This document shows, piece by piece, positions 9,526 to 19,555 of a DNA stretch of 45,949 bases. The translations under genes were made by a program, and so were the position numbers. The notes below the pieces were generated by a model. That model worked only from the letters and a program-made list of their open reading frames with translations, searched no databases and had not been told where the DNA came from. Numbering within the stretch: the stretch's first letter is position 1; each line of letters begins with the position of its first letter. The stretch comes from Gemmatimonadota bacterium (GTDB lineage: Bacteria > Gemmatimonadota > Gemmatimonadetes > Gemmatimonadales > Gemmatimonadaceae), in assembly GCA_031372565.1 (NCBI GenBank), contig JANMLN010000193.1, positions 1 through 45,949 of the forward strand, given 5' to 3'.

Positions 9526-9735
9526 CTACCGCGCGGTGGTGGCTGCGTAGCCTTCGTCAGCCACGGTCTTCAGGATGACGTCGGGGGCGACCTTCGCCGG
9601 GTCGAACGTGACGACCGCCGATCCGATCACGACCTGATCGACGCGCACGCCGTCGATGGCGGTGAGCGCCCGCGTGACCGCGCCGACGCAGTGGCCGCAC
9701 GTCATGCCCTCTATGGTCATGGTGATGGTGGACAT
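9526..9735 (-). CDS. copZ: Copper chaperone (HMA domain)
   Basis: GMTCGHC and C-terminal EGY; SD GGAGG upstream of ATG 9735. Confidence 0.9.
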   Translation of the reverse strand: MSTITMTIEGMTCGHCVGAVTRALTAIDGVRVDQVVIGSAVVTFDPAKVAPDVILKTVADEGYAATTAR

Positions 9736-9777
9736 GGATCCTCCAGAGGAATGCCGCTTGACACCGGGGCGGTACGG

Positions 9778-9794
9778 ATACCCTCCCCAGGTAT
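9778..9794. promoter_or_regulatory. CsoR operator box 1 (ATACC-CTCCCCA-GGTAT)
   Basis: Perfect 5-bp inverted arms around a C-tract, matching the ATACC...GGTAT architecture of characterised CsoR operators. Confidence 0.8.
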
Positions 9795-9795
9795 A

Positions 9796-9824
9796 AGGGT
9801 ACATACCCCCAGCCCCTATGTCAA
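9796..9824 (-). promoter_or_regulatory. Sigma70 promoter of the cop operon (TTGACA-17 bp-TACCCT)
   Basis: Consensus -35 at 9824-9819, 17-bp spacer, -10 at 9801-9796. Confidence 0.75.
9801..9821. promoter_or_regulatory. CsoR operator box 2 (ACATA-CCCCCAGCCCC-TATGT)
   Basis: Inverted arms with C-tracts; same ATA-N11-TAT spacing as box 1; fills the promoter spacer. Confidence 0.65.
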
Positions 9825-9871
9825 CCATGCGATCGTGTCAGGCCACGTCCCGCGAACGGGGTACCACCGGT

Positions 9872-11236
9872 TTACCGCGCGGCCACGCCCCAGTCGTCCA
9901 GCGCCAACACGGTCCGGAGCAACACGTTGCCCCCGTTCGTGACGTCCGCCGGCCGGGTGAACTCCGAGGGCGCGTGACTGATCCCGCCCACGCTCGGCAC
10001 GAAGATCATCCCCATGGGCCCCAGGCGCGACATCGACTGCGCGTCGTGTCCCGCTCCGCTCGGTAGCGACAGCGTCGTGAGCTGCAGCGACTGCGCCGAG
10101 CGCCGGATGATCTCGCGAATGCGCGGATCGGCCAGCGACGGTTGGTGATCTGTCGCGGGGGTGATCGTGAACGTGGTACCGGAGGCAGCGCCCAGCGCCT
10201 TGGCTTCCTGTTCGATGCGGGTGAGCATGCGACGCACCACGGCGGCGTTGAGGTCGCGCATGTCGAGCGTCATCGTGGCGCGCCCCGGGATCACGTTGGC
10301 CGCACCGGGAAAGGCCTCGATGCGGCCCACCGTCGCCACCTGACGGCCCGGCATGCTGGTCGCGACCCGGTTGACCAGCTGCACGAAGCGCGATGCCGCC
10401 AGGAGTGCATCGTGCCGACGGCTCATGGCGGTCGTCCCTGCGTGGTTCTGCACGCCCTTCACCTCGATGTCCCAGCGGTAGTTGCCGACGATGCCTTCGA
10501 CCACGCCGATGTCGAGCTTGCGTTCGTCGAGGTTCCCGCCCTGCTCGATGTGCAGCTCGACGTACGCGGCCAGGCTCCCCGGCTCGCGCTTCACGTCGGC
10601 GAGACGCGCCACATCACCGCCGATGAAGGTGATCCCCTCGCGAATCGTCTTGCCCGAGTTGGTCCGCTGTCCGAGCTCGGACTCCGGGAACTCACCGCTC
10701 ACGATACGGCTCCCGACCAGCCCCCCCTCTTCGTTCTGCCAGCAGACGACTTCGAGCGGGTGGCGCAGCGTCCGCTTGGCCGCCAGCAGCGTCCGCGCGA
10801 CCTCCACCGACGCGAGCGTGCCGACGTCGCCATCGTAGTTGCCGCCACCCGGGACCGAATCGATGTGCGAGCCGATCATCATCGGCTTGAGCGACGGGTC
10901 GGATCCCTCGATGCGCGCGATGATGTTCCCCGCCGCGTCGATGCGCGGCGCGAGGCCCGCCTCACGGAACACCCCCTGCAGCCAGGTGCGCCCCGCGACA
11001 TCGGCGTCGCTGTACGCCACACGGCTCACCCCGCCCTCCGGGTTCTTGCCGAACGCCGCCAGCTGGGCGAGATGTGTGTTGATGCGGGCGCCGTCAATAC
11101 GGAGCGCGTCGTCGGCCACGCGTCGATTCGCCCCACGACCACGGGTCGCGGCGCGTGCGAGCCCAGGCGTGCCCCCGGGCAGGGCGGCGGCGCCGAGGGC
11201 GCCAAGAACGGTGCGAGTGAACAGTCGACGGCGCAT
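9872..11236 (-). CDS. M20 family Zn amidohydrolase (N-carbamoyl-L-amino acid / allantoate amidohydrolase-like) with Tat signal
   Basis: GSHIDSV, GNYDG, NEEG, ELHIEQG, NHAGTT, SGAGHDAQ, GISH; N-terminal MRRRLF, hydrophobic stretch and ARA. Confidence 0.88.
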   Translation of the reverse strand: MRRRLFTRTVLGALGAAALPGGTPGLARAATRGRGANRRVADDALRIDGARINTHLAQLAAFGKNPEGGVSRVAYSDADVAGRTWLQGVFREAGLAPRIDAAGNIIARIEGSDPSLKPMMIGSHIDSVPGGGNYDGDVGTLASVEVARTLLAAKRTLRHPLEVVCWQNEEGGLVGSRIVSGEFPESELGQRTNSGKTIREGITFIGGDVARLADVKREPGSLAAYVELHIEQGGNLDERKLDIGVVEGIVGNYRWDIEVKGVQNHAGTTAMSRRHDALLAASRFVQLVNRVATSMPGRQVATVGRIEAFPGAANVIPGRATMTLDMRDLNAAVVRRMLTRIEQEAKALGAASGTTFTITPATDHQPSLADPRIREIIRRSAQSLQLTTLSLPSGAGHDAQSMSRLGPMGMIFVPSVGGISHAPSEFTRPADVTNGGNVLLRTVLALDDWGVAAR

Positions 11237-11326
11237 GCGAGCGGGGGGATGAGGGAAGGAGCAAGATGTGCATCGGGCGACAACCGGCAACAGACGCCCG
11301 GCCGCCCACCGCCCGACGCTGCATTA

Positions 11327-11340
11327 CTTGAAACTTCAAG
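11327..11340. promoter_or_regulatory. Palindrome CTTGAA-AC-TTCAAG, candidate MarR operator
   Basis: Perfect 6-bp inverted repeat in the AT-rich patch 42 nt upstream of an operon encoding a MarR regulator. Confidence 0.55.
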
Positions 11341-11382
11341 GACTTGGACGTACCGTTGGGGGTCCCGTCTTCAGGAGTAGAG

Positions 11383-13752
11383 ATGCGCACCGCGATTCTG
11401 GGGGGAGGCCCCGGCGGCCTGTACGCCGCGCTGCTCTTCAAGCGCCGCCATCCGCAGGCGGAGGTGACGGTCATCGAGCGCAATCGCCCCGACGACACCT
11501 TTGGCTGGGGCGTGGTGCTCTCCGACCAGACGGTGGACAACCTCTGCGCGGCCGATCCGGAGTCGGGCCAACAGATTCGCGACGCCCTGCACCACTGGGA
11601 CGACATCGACGTCCACTTCGGCGGTGAGGTCGTGCGGTCGGGGGGGCACGGCTTTGCGGGGGTGGGTCGCAAGGCGCTGCTGTCGCTGCTGCAGGCGCGC
11701 TGCCGCGAGGTGGGCGTCACGCTCGTGTTCGAGCGGGGTGACGCCGATGCCCCCGCCATCGCCCGCGAGTGGGCCGCCGATCTGGTCATCGCCTCCGACG
11801 GTCTCAACTCGCGGACGCGTGACCAGTTCGCCGCGAGCTTCCGGCCAGACGTCGAGCTGCGACACTGTCGCTACGTCTGGCTGGGGACGCCGCACAAGTT
11901 CGACGCGTTCACCTTCGCCTTCGTGGAAACACCACACGGGTGGTTTCAGGCGCACGCCTACCGGTTCGACGACGACACGAGCACGTTCATCGTCGAGACG
12001 CCCGAGCCGGTGTGGCGGGCCGCGGGTCTCGACGTGATGGACACGCCCGAGACGATCGCGTTCCTCGAACAGCTGTTCGCGCCGTACCTCTCGGGGGCGC
12101 CGCTCCTGTCGAACGCCGCGCACCTGCGCGGTTCGGCGATGTGGATCCGCTTCCCCCGCGTCCGATGCGAGTCGTGGGTGCACACCATGGACGTGGGCGG
12201 TCGCGCGGTGCCCGTCGTGTTGCTCGGCGATTCGGCGCACACGGCGCACTTCTCGATCGGCTCCGGCACCAAGCTCGCGCTCGAGGATGCGATCGCGCTC
12301 GATCGCGCGCTGGCGGCGACCCCGCACGATGTGCACGGTGCACTGGCGCGATACGAAGCCGAGCGATCGATCGAGGTGCTCAAGCTGCAGAACGCGGCCC
12401 GCAACTCGACCGAGTGGTTCGAGCATGTGGAGCGGTACGCCAGCTTCTCGCCGCAGCAGTTCGCGTACTCGCTGCTGACACGTTCCCAGCGCATTTCGCA
12501 CGAGAACCTCCGTGTGCGCGATCCCGGGTACGTGGCCGCGTTCAAGCGCTGGTTCGCGTCCCGCGTGTCCGATGAAGGCGCGACGGGCGCTGCGCCACCG
12601 CCGATGTTCACGCCGTACACGGTCCGGGGCTGCACGCTGCCCAACCGCATGGTCGTCTCGCCAATGGCACAGTACTCCGCCCACGAAGACGGCCTGCCGA
12701 GCGACTGGCACATGGTCCATCTGGGCAGCCGTGCGGCGGGCGGTGCCGGTCTCGTGTTCACCGAGATGACCTGCGTCTCGCCAGACGCGCGCATCACCCC
12801 CGCCTGTCCCGGGCTGTGGAACGACGCGCAGCAAGCGGCGTGGGCGCGTATTGTCGCGTTCGTGCACGAGTGGACCCACGCGCGCATCGGGCTGCAACTC
12901 GGCCATGCCGGCGGCAAGGGCTCGACCAGAAAGATGTGGGACGGCATCGATCGGCCGCTCGACGACGGCAACTGGCCGATCATCGCGCCGTCGGCCACGC
13001 AGTATCTGAACGGCATATCGCAGGTCGCGCGCGCGATGGAGGCTGCCGACTTCGCGCGCGTGCGAGAGGACTTCGTGTCGGCCACACGCCGCGGTGCGGC
13101 CGCAGGCTTTGATTGGCTCGAGCTGCACTGCGCGCATGGCTACCTGCTGTCCGCCTTCCTGTCGCCTCTCACGAATCTGCGCACCGACGCGTACGGCGGC
13201 TCATTGGAGGCCCGCCTGCGCTTTCCGCTCGAGGTGTTCGGTGCGGTGCGGGCGGCGTGGCCCGCCGATCGGCCGATCTCGGTACGCATCTCCGCGCACG
13301 ACTGGGCGCCCGGCGGCAACACCGACGACGACGCGGTCGCGATCGCGAAGGCGTTCAAGGCAGCCGGTGCCGACATGATCGACGTGTCGAGCGGACAGGT
13401 GACCAAGGCGGAGCGGCCCGTGTACGGCCGCATGTACCAGACGCCATTCGCCGACCGGGTGCGTCAGGAGGCGGGGATCGCCACGATTGCGGTGGGCAAC
13501 ATCACCGACGCGGATCAGGTGAACTCCATCCTCGCCTCTGGCCGGGCCGATCTCGTCGCCATCGCGCGTCCGCATCTCGCCAATCCGGCGTGGACGTTGC
13601 TCGAAGCGGCCAAGTGGGGCTACGACGGCGCGGCATGGCCGGTGCAGTATCGCTCGGGGCAGCAGCAACTCGAACGGCTGCTTGAACGCGAGCGGGCCAC
13701 CGTGGCCGCAGCGGCCCCCGCGGGCGCGGCCAAGCCGGGAGAACTCACGTGA
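11383..13752 (+). CDS. abmA: Bifunctional 2-aminobenzoyl-CoA monooxygenase/reductase (salicylyl-CoA 5-hydroxylase family)
   Basis: FAD monooxygenase half ([27 protein letters not shown]) fused to an Old Yellow Enzyme domain (SPMAQYS, HCAHGYL); SD AGGAG before ATG 11383. Confidence 0.9.
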   Translation: MRTAILGGGPGGLYAALLFKRRHPQAEVTVIERNRPDDTFGWGVVLSDQTVDNLCAADPESGQQIRDALHHWDDIDVHFGGEVVRSGGHGFAGVGRKALLSLLQARCREVGVTLVFERGDADAPAIAREWAADLVIASDGLNSRTRDQFAASFRPDVELRHCRYVWLGTPHKFDAFTFAFVETPHGWFQAHAYRFDDDTSTFIVETPEPVWRAAGLDVMDTPETIAFLEQLFAPYLSGAPLLSNAAHLRGSAMWIRFPRVRCESWVHTMDVGGRAVPVVLLGDSAHTAHFSIGSGTKLALEDAIALDRALAATPHDVHGALARYEAERSIEVLKLQNAARNSTEWFEHVERYASFSPQQFAYSLLTRSQRISHENLRVRDPGYVAAFKRWFASRVSDEGATGAAPPPMFTPYTVRGCTLPNRMVVSPMAQYSAHEDGLPSDWHMVHLGSRAAGGAGLVFTEMTCVSPDARITPACPGLWNDAQQAAWARIVAFVHEWTHARIGLQLGHAGGKGSTRKMWDGIDRPLDDGNWPIIAPSATQYLNGISQVARAMEAADFARVREDFVSATRRGAAAGFDWLELHCAHGYLLSAFLSPLTNLRTDAYGGSLEARLRFPLEVFGAVRAAWPADRPISVRISAHDWAPGGNTDDDAVAIAKAFKAAGADMIDVSSGQVTKAERPVYGRMYQTPFADRVRQEAGIATIAVGNITDADQVNSILASGRADLVAIARPHLANPAWTLLEAAKWGYDGAAWPVQYRSGQQQLERLLERERATVAAAAPAGAAKPGELT

Positions 13753-14510
13753 TGGCGCTGCACGGGCGCCATGCGCTCGTCACGGGCGCGAATCGCGGCA
13801 TCGGCGCCGCCATCGCGCAGCGCCTCGCCGCCGATGGCGCGCGTGTCACGCTCCTGGTGCGGCGAGCCGCGTCCGCCGAGGCGGTGCTCGCCCGCCTGCC
13901 CGCGGGCACCGCGGTGGTCGTTGCCGACATGACCGACAGGGCCGCGTTGGCTCAGGCCTGCGAGGCCGCGACGGCGATCGCGCCGGTGGACCTGCTGGTG
14001 AACAATGCAGGCGCGGCCGAGAGCGCGGCGTTCCTGAAGAGTGACGATGCGCTCTTCGAGCGCATGCTGGCCGTCAACTTCATCGGACCCGTGGCGGCGA
14101 CCCGCGCGCTGCTGCCGGGCATGCTCGCGCGCGGCGCGGGTCGCATCGTGCACATCGCGAGTACCGCGGGACTGACCGGCTACCCGTACGTCACGGCGTA
14201 CGTCGCGGCCAAGCATGCGCTGGTGGGGTTCACGCGTGCACTGGCGCGAGAGCTGGCGGCCAAGGGAGTGACGGTCAACGCCGTCTGCCCCGGCTTCACC
14301 GACACGGAGCTCACGGACGCCAGCGTGGAACGCATCGTGCGCACGACGGGCCGGACCGCCGACGCCGCCCGCGCGGCGCTCGTCGCGGGCAGTCCGATGG
14401 GCCGGCTCATCGCTCCCACCGAAGTGGCCGCCACGGTGGCGTGGCTCTGTCGCGACGACTCGGCGGCCATCACGGGCCAAGCCATCGCGGTCGCGGGCGG
14501 TGAGCTGTGA
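13749..14510 (+). CDS. SDR family dehydrogenase (3-hydroxyacyl-CoA dehydrogenase-like)
   Basis: [20 protein letters not shown]; start overlaps the abmA stop. Confidence 0.92.
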   Translation: MMALHGRHALVTGANRGIGAAIAQRLAADGARVTLLVRRAASAEAVLARLPAGTAVVVADMTDRAALAQACEAATAIAPVDLLVNNAGAAESAAFLKSDDALFERMLAVNFIGPVAATRALLPGMLARGAGRIVHIASTAGLTGYPYVTAYVAAKHALVGFTRALARELAAKGVTVNAVCPGFTDTELTDASVERIVRTTGRTADAARAALVAGSPMGRLIAPTEVAATVAWLCRDDSAAITGQAIAVAGGEL

Positions 14511-14998
14511 TGACGGCCACCGCCGTCGATCCCGAGACGCGGCTCGGCGAGGGCGACCATGACGCGCTCCGTCTCTGGCTCCGCCTGTTCACGTGCAGCA
14601 CCATGATCGAACGCGAGATCGGCGCCGCACTCAAGCGAGAGTTCGGCAGTTCACTGCCCCGCTTCGACTTGCTGGCGCAGCTCGAACGCAATCCCGACGG
14701 CCTGCGGCTCGGCGCACTGTCGGAGCGCCTGCTCGTGACGGGCGGCAACGTGACCTGGCTCGTCAACTCGCTCGAAGCGGACGGCATGGTCTCACGGCGC
14801 CGAGCGCCTGAGGATGGGCGCGTCTGGATCGTGGCACTGACCCCCGAGGGGCGCCGTACCTTTGCGAGCATGGCGCGTGCACACGAACGCTGGATCGCCC
14901 GCTTGATCGGGGAACTCTCTCCCCGCGACCGCTCGCAACTGCACGCCCTGCTCGGCCACTTGAAGTCGAGCATCCGCCATGAGGACGCTGCCCGATGA
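14507..14998 (+). CDS. MarR family transcriptional regulator
   Basis: LRLWLRL...RFDLLAQL...VTGGNVT...DGR wing motif. Confidence 0.9.
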   Translation: MMTATAVDPETRLGEGDHDALRLWLRLFTCSTMIEREIGAALKREFGSSLPRFDLLAQLERNPDGLRLGALSERLLVTGGNVTWLVNSLEADGMVSRRRAPEDGRVWIVALTPEGRRTFASMARAHERWIARLIGELSPRDRSQLHALLGHLKSSIRHEDAAR

Positions 14999-15843
14999 CC
15001 GTTCCCGATTCGATGTCGGCCGCGCGCCGGCCGATCGCCCCCTACGCAGCCACGCACTTCCAATGGCGCACCGAGCACGAGGGCGCGGTCGGCGTTGTCA
15101 CGCTCAATCGACCGGAGCGCAAGAACCCGCTGACCTTCGCGAGCTACGCCGAGCTGCGTGACCTCTTCCGGTCGCTCGTGTACGCGAGCGACGTGAAGGT
15201 GGTCGTGCTCACTGGTGCGGGTGGCAACTTCTGCTCGGGCGGCGACGTGTTCGACATCATCGAGCCGCTCACGAAGATGGCCGTCCCGGAGTTGCTGATG
15301 TTCACGCGCATGACGGGCGATCTCGTGAAGGCGATGCGTGGCTGTCCGCAACCGATCATCGCGGCCGTCGACGGCGTGTGTGCCGGGGCCGGCGCGATCC
15401 TCGCCATGTCGTCCGACCTGCGCCTCGCCACGCCGGCAGCCAAGACGGCCTTCCTGTTCACGCGTGTCGGACTCGCCGGTTGCGACATGGGCGCATGCGC
15501 GCTGCTGCCGCGCATCATCGGTCAGGGACGAGCAGCGGAGCTGCTCTACACGGGACGATCGATGAGCGCGGAGGAAGGCGAGCGCTGGGGCTTCTGGAAT
15601 GCGCTGGTCCCTGCCGACGCCCTCGGGATGGAAGCGCTGGCCCGCGCACACGCACTCGCGTCGGGGCCCACCTTCGCGCACGCCATGACGAAGACGATGC
15701 TCCAGCAGGAATGGAGCGTGTCCATCGAGCAGGCCATCGAGATGGAAGCGCAGGCGCAGGCGCTCTGCATGCAGACGGCCGACTTCCGCCGCGCCTTCGA
15801 GGCGTTTGCCGCCAAGCGGACTCCCGTCTTCGAGGGCAACTGA
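14995..15843 (+). CDS. Crotonase (enoyl-CoA hydratase/isomerase) family protein
   Basis: [25 protein letters not shown] motifs. Confidence 0.92.
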   Translation: MTVPDSMSAARRPIAPYAATHFQWRTEHEGAVGVVTLNRPERKNPLTFASYAELRDLFRSLVYASDVKVVVLTGAGGNFCSGGDVFDIIEPLTKMAVPELLMFTRMTGDLVKAMRGCPQPIIAAVDGVCAGAGAILAMSSDLRLATPAAKTAFLFTRVGLAGCDMGACALLPRIIGQGRAAELLYTGRSMSAEEGERWGFWNALVPADALGMEALARAHALASGPTFAHAMTKTMLQQEWSVSIEQAIEMEAQAQALCMQTADFRRAFEAFAAKRTPVFEGN

Positions 15844-15845
15844 CC

Positions 15846-17027
15846 GTGGATGCGATGATGCGCGATCGGCTGGCGTGGCCGTTCTTCGAGCACCGCCACC
15901 TGGCGCTCGTGAAGGGGGTTGAGGCGTGGACGGCCACGCATCCGGTTCCTCACGACGCCGACACCGACGCAACGTGCCGCGCGTGGGTGCGCGCGCTTGG
16001 CCAGGCGGGGTGGCTTCGCTACTGCGTGCCCGAAGCGTGGGGCGGCGCGCAGCCCGAGATCGAATCGCGATCGCTGGCGCTGCTTCGTGAGTGTCTCGCG
16101 GCGCACGACGGGCTCGCCGACTTCGCGATCGCGATGCAGGGACTGGGCTCGGGCGCGATCAGCCTCGAGGGCAGCGCGGAGCTGCGGGCACACTGGCTGC
16201 CGCGCGTCGCGTCCGGCGACGCGATCGCCGCGTTTGCGCTCACCGAGCCCGAGGCCGGCTCCGATGTGGGCGCCATGACCTGTCGCGCCGAGCGTGTGGG
16301 GGACTCCTACGAGATCACCGGCGAGAAGACGTGGATCTCGAACGGCGGCATCGCTGACTTCTACACGGTGTTTGCACGCACGGACCCGTCGAGCACGGGG
16401 GCCAAGGGGATCAGCGCGTTCGTGGTACCGGCCGACACGCCCGGACTCACGATCGCCGAACGGTTCGACGTGATCGCGCCCCATCCCTTGGCGCGCCTCC
16501 GGTTCGACCGCTGCGCGGTTCCCGTCGCGCACCGGCTCGGCGACGAGGGCAGCGGCTTCAAGCTGGCGATGCGGACACTGGACATTTTTCGCGTGACGGT
16601 CGCGGGCGCCGCGTTGGGCTTCGCGCGCCGCGCGTTGACCGAGGCGCTGGCACACAGCAGGTCGCGCGCCATGTTCGGCGCGACGCTCGCGCAGCAGCCG
16701 CTGGCGCAGGCCACGCTGGGCGACATGGCAACCGACTTCGATGCCGCTGCCCTGCTGACCTACCGCGCGGCGTGGCTGCGTGACACGACGGGTCGCCGGA
16801 CCACGCGCGAGGCGGCCATGGCCAAGCTCGTCGCGACCGAGCACGCACAGTCGATCATCGATCGGGCCGTTCAGCTGCACGGCGCACGTGGCGTGCAGCA
16901 CGGCGTCATGGTCGAGCGGTTGTATCGGGAAGTACGCGCACTGCGCATTTACGAGGGGGCCTCCGAGGTCCAGCGGCTGATCATCGGTCGCGAGACCGTC
17001 GCGGCTGCCGGGCAGCGGGAGGGATAG
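15846..17027 (+). CDS. Acyl-CoA dehydrogenase
   Basis: FALTEPEAGSD, GEKTWISNG, IYEGASE; start GTG 15846 or ATG 15855/15858. Confidence 0.93.
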   Translation: MDAMMRDRLAWPFFEHRHLALVKGVEAWTATHPVPHDADTDATCRAWVRALGQAGWLRYCVPEAWGGAQPEIESRSLALLRECLAAHDGLADFAIAMQGLGSGAISLEGSAELRAHWLPRVASGDAIAAFALTEPEAGSDVGAMTCRAERVGDSYEITGEKTWISNGGIADFYTVFARTDPSSTGAKGISAFVVPADTPGLTIAERFDVIAPHPLARLRFDRCAVPVAHRLGDEGSGFKLAMRTLDIFRVTVAGAALGFARRALTEALAHSRSRAMFGATLAQQPLAQATLGDMATDFDAAALLTYRAAWLRDTTGRRTTREAAMAKLVATEHAQSIIDRAVQLHGARGVQHGVMVERLYREVRALRIYEGASEVQRLIIGRETVAAAGQREG

Positions 17028-17030
17028 CGC

Positions 17031-18671
17031 ATGACGATGCACCCGAGCGCCCACGTGGACGCGTTCGCGCGCGAGCAGTTGCCCCCACTCGAGCAGTGGC
17101 CGGTGCTGAACCTGCGTGGCGAGTACGCGTACCCGCCGATCCTCAACGCGGCCGAGCGATTGCTCGATGACGCGGTGCGTGAGGGGCACGGTGATCGCAT
17201 TGCCCTGCTCGCCCCCGACACGGACGGCTGGCGCACGATCACGTACGCAGAACTCCAGCGCTGGACCGACGCGATCGCGCACGTGCTCACGGGCGAGCTT
17301 GGCCTGGTGAGCGGCAATCGCGTCCTGCTCCGCGGCTACAACGGCCCGTGGATGGCGGCCGCCTGGTTGGCGACGCTCAAGGCGGGGATGGTGGCCGTCA
17401 CCACGATGCCGATGTTGCGCGCGACCGAACTGCGCGTGGTCATGCGGAAGAGCCACTGTCAGGCCGCACTGTGCGATGCACGTTTGTTGGACGAACTCAC
17501 CGCCGCGGTCGCGGGCAGCGAGTCGGTTCGCGCCGTGCGCACGTGGGGGGGCGACGCGCCCGATCGCCTCGACGCCGCGCTGGAGCGCACGTCTCGCCCC
17601 TTCAGCGCCTGCCCCACGGCGTCCGACGATGTGGCGCTCATCGCGTTCACGTCCGGCACGACGGGCGTCCCGAAGGGGTGCATGCACTTCCACCGCGACG
17701 TGATGGCGATGTGCGATGGTTTCGCCGCGCAGGTGCTGCGGCCGCGCGCCGACGATCGCTGCATCGGGACGCCGCCCTTCGCGTTCACGTTTGGCCTCGG
17801 CGGCCTCATCTGCTTCCCGATGGCCGCGCGCGCCTCGACGGTCCTGCTCGAGAAGGCGACCCCCGAAACCCTCCTGCAGGCGATCGCGGCCACGCGGGCG
17901 ACCATCACGTGGACCGCGCCCACGTTCTATCGACAGATGGCGCTGGCCGTGCAGTCCGCCCCGGGCGCATTCGACACGTCATCACTGCGCCAATCCGTCT
18001 CGGCCGGCGAAGCGCTCCCCGACGCGACCCGCACGCTCTGGCGCGAGGCGACGGGGATCGAGATGCTCGACGGTATCGGGGCCACCGAGCTGATCCACAT
18101 CTTCATCGCGGCGGCGGGCGCCGACGTGCGCCCCGGCGCCATCGGACGAGCGGTGCCGGGTTACGAGGTAGCCGTGCTGAGCGACGCGCTGGAGCCGCTG
18201 CCGCCTGGCGAGGTGGGTCGCCTCGGCGTCCGTGGCCCCACGGGGTGCCGCTACCTCGCGGATGATCGCCAGCGCAGCTACGTGCAGGGCGGATGGAACC
18301 TCACCGGCGATGCCTGCACCATGGACGCCGACGGCTACGTCTTCTTCAAGGCGCGCACCGACGACCTGATCATCTCGGCGGGCTACAACATCGGCGCCCC
18401 CGAAGTCGAAGCCGCGGTCCTCACGCACGCGGCCGTGGCCGAGTGCGCGGTGGTGGGTGTGCCCGACGCCGAGCGTGGGCAGGCGGTGAAGGCGTTCGTG
18501 GTGCTGAAGAGCGGTCATCACGCCGACGACACGCTCGCACGCGCGCTGCAGGATCACGTGAAGGCCACGATCGCGCCGTACAAGTACCCGCGCCTCGTGG
18601 AGTTCGTGGTATCGCTTCCCAAGACTGATACCGGCAAGCTCCAGCGCTTCCGGCTCAAGGAGCCCAGATGA
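17031..18671 (+). CDS. abmG: Aryl-CoA ligase (2-aminobenzoate-CoA ligase-like)
   Basis: FTSGTTGVPKG, IGATE, TGD, GKLQR; operon context. Confidence 0.85.
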   Translation: MTMHPSAHVDAFAREQLPPLEQWPVLNLRGEYAYPPILNAAERLLDDAVREGHGDRIALLAPDTDGWRTITYAELQRWTDAIAHVLTGELGLVSGNRVLLRGYNGPWMAAAWLATLKAGMVAVTTMPMLRATELRVVMRKSHCQAALCDARLLDELTAAVAGSESVRAVRTWGGDAPDRLDAALERTSRPFSACPTASDDVALIAFTSGTTGVPKGCMHFHRDVMAMCDGFAAQVLRPRADDRCIGTPPFAFTFGLGGLICFPMAARASTVLLEKATPETLLQAIAATRATITWTAPTFYRQMALAVQSAPGAFDTSSLRQSVSAGEALPDATRTLWREATGIEMLDGIGATELIHIFIAAAGADVRPGAIGRAVPGYEVAVLSDALEPLPPGEVGRLGVRGPTGCRYLADDRQRSYVQGGWNLTGDACTMDADGYVFFKARTDDLIISAGYNIGAPEVEAAVLTHAAVAECAVVGVPDAERGQAVKAFVVLKSGHHADDTLARALQDHVKATIAPYKYPRLVEFVVSLPKTDTGKLQRFRLKEPR

Positions 18672-19111
18672 ATACCTCGGAGCGGTCGTCACTGCCGTGG
18701 CGCTTTGAGCAGAGCGGCACCATCCGGTTCGGCCACTGCGACCCCGCCGGGATCGCCTACTTTCCGCGACTGGACGAATTGCTCAATGGCCTGTTCGAGG
18801 ACTGGTGTGCCGCCGTCGGGCTGCCGTTCCACGAGCTCGTGACGCGCGACCAGCGCGGCTTTCCCTTGGTGCATGCCACGATCGAGTACGAGGCGCCGCT
18901 CCGACTCGGCGACGAGATCACCCTCGTGCAGCAGGTCCACGCGGTGGGCACGAGTTCGCTCACGCTCGACGCGACCATCGCCCGCGGGAGCACGCGATGC
19001 CTGAGCGCACGGCACGTGCGCGTCATGACCTCGCTCGCGACGCAGCGCTCCACTCCGCTGCCCGCCGCGCTCCGCGCGCAGTTTGCCTCCGACGCCGAGG
19101 GCACCCCATGA
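18668..19111 (+). CDS. Hot-dog acyl-CoA thioesterase (4-hydroxybenzoyl-CoA thioesterase family)
   Basis: RFGHCDPAGIAYF motif. Confidence 0.88.
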   Translation: MNTSERSSLPWRFEQSGTIRFGHCDPAGIAYFPRLDELLNGLFEDWCAAVGLPFHELVTRDQRGFPLVHATIEYEAPLRLGDEITLVQQVHAVGTSSLTLDATIARGSTRCLSARHVRVMTSLATQRSTPLPAALRAQFASDAEGTP

Positions 19112-19515
19112 GCCTCCCGACACCGCATCAGATCATCGAACCGACGGCGTGGGCGCGTCCGCGCGGCTACTCCAATCTCGTGGCCGCGACGGGGCGCCAT
19201 CTCTATCTCGCCGGCCAGATCGGCTGGAACGAGCGGCAAGAGCTGGTGGCGAGCGATCTCGTGGGTCAGACCCGACAGGCACTCACGAATATCGTGACGC
19301 TACTCGCGGCGGCCGGCGCACGACCCGAACACGTCGTCCGCCTCACCTGGTACATCACCGATCGCGACGCGTACCTCAATGCCGGCCCCGCGCTGGGCGC
19401 CGCCTATCGCGACGTGATGGGCAAGCACTTCCCGGCCATGAGCGCGGTGCAGGTCGCCGGACTCGTGGAGTCGCGCGCCGTGGTGGAGATTGAAGCGACC
19501 GCCGTGGTGCCGTAG
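19108..19515 (+). CDS. Rid (YjgF/YER057c/UK114) family protein
   Basis: PRGYS, LAGQIG, FPAMS, VEIEATA; ATGA overlap with the thioesterase. Confidence 0.9.
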   Translation: MSLPTPHQIIEPTAWARPRGYSNLVAATGRHLYLAGQIGWNERQELVASDLVGQTRQALTNIVTLLAAAGARPEHVVRLTWYITDRDAYLNAGPALGAAYRDVMGKHFPAMSAVQVAGLVESRAVVEIEATAVVP

Positions 19516-19555
19516 CGTGGTTCATTCGCATCGTTTCTCCCAGCGCATCACCATC

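Noticed and set aside
15546..17693. 715-aa minus-strand ORF, and similar long antisense ORFs (11371-13137, 27634-29163, 31747-33342)
   Set aside because: Shadow frames of well-supported genes in high-GC DNA; Arg/His/Ala-rich with no motifs
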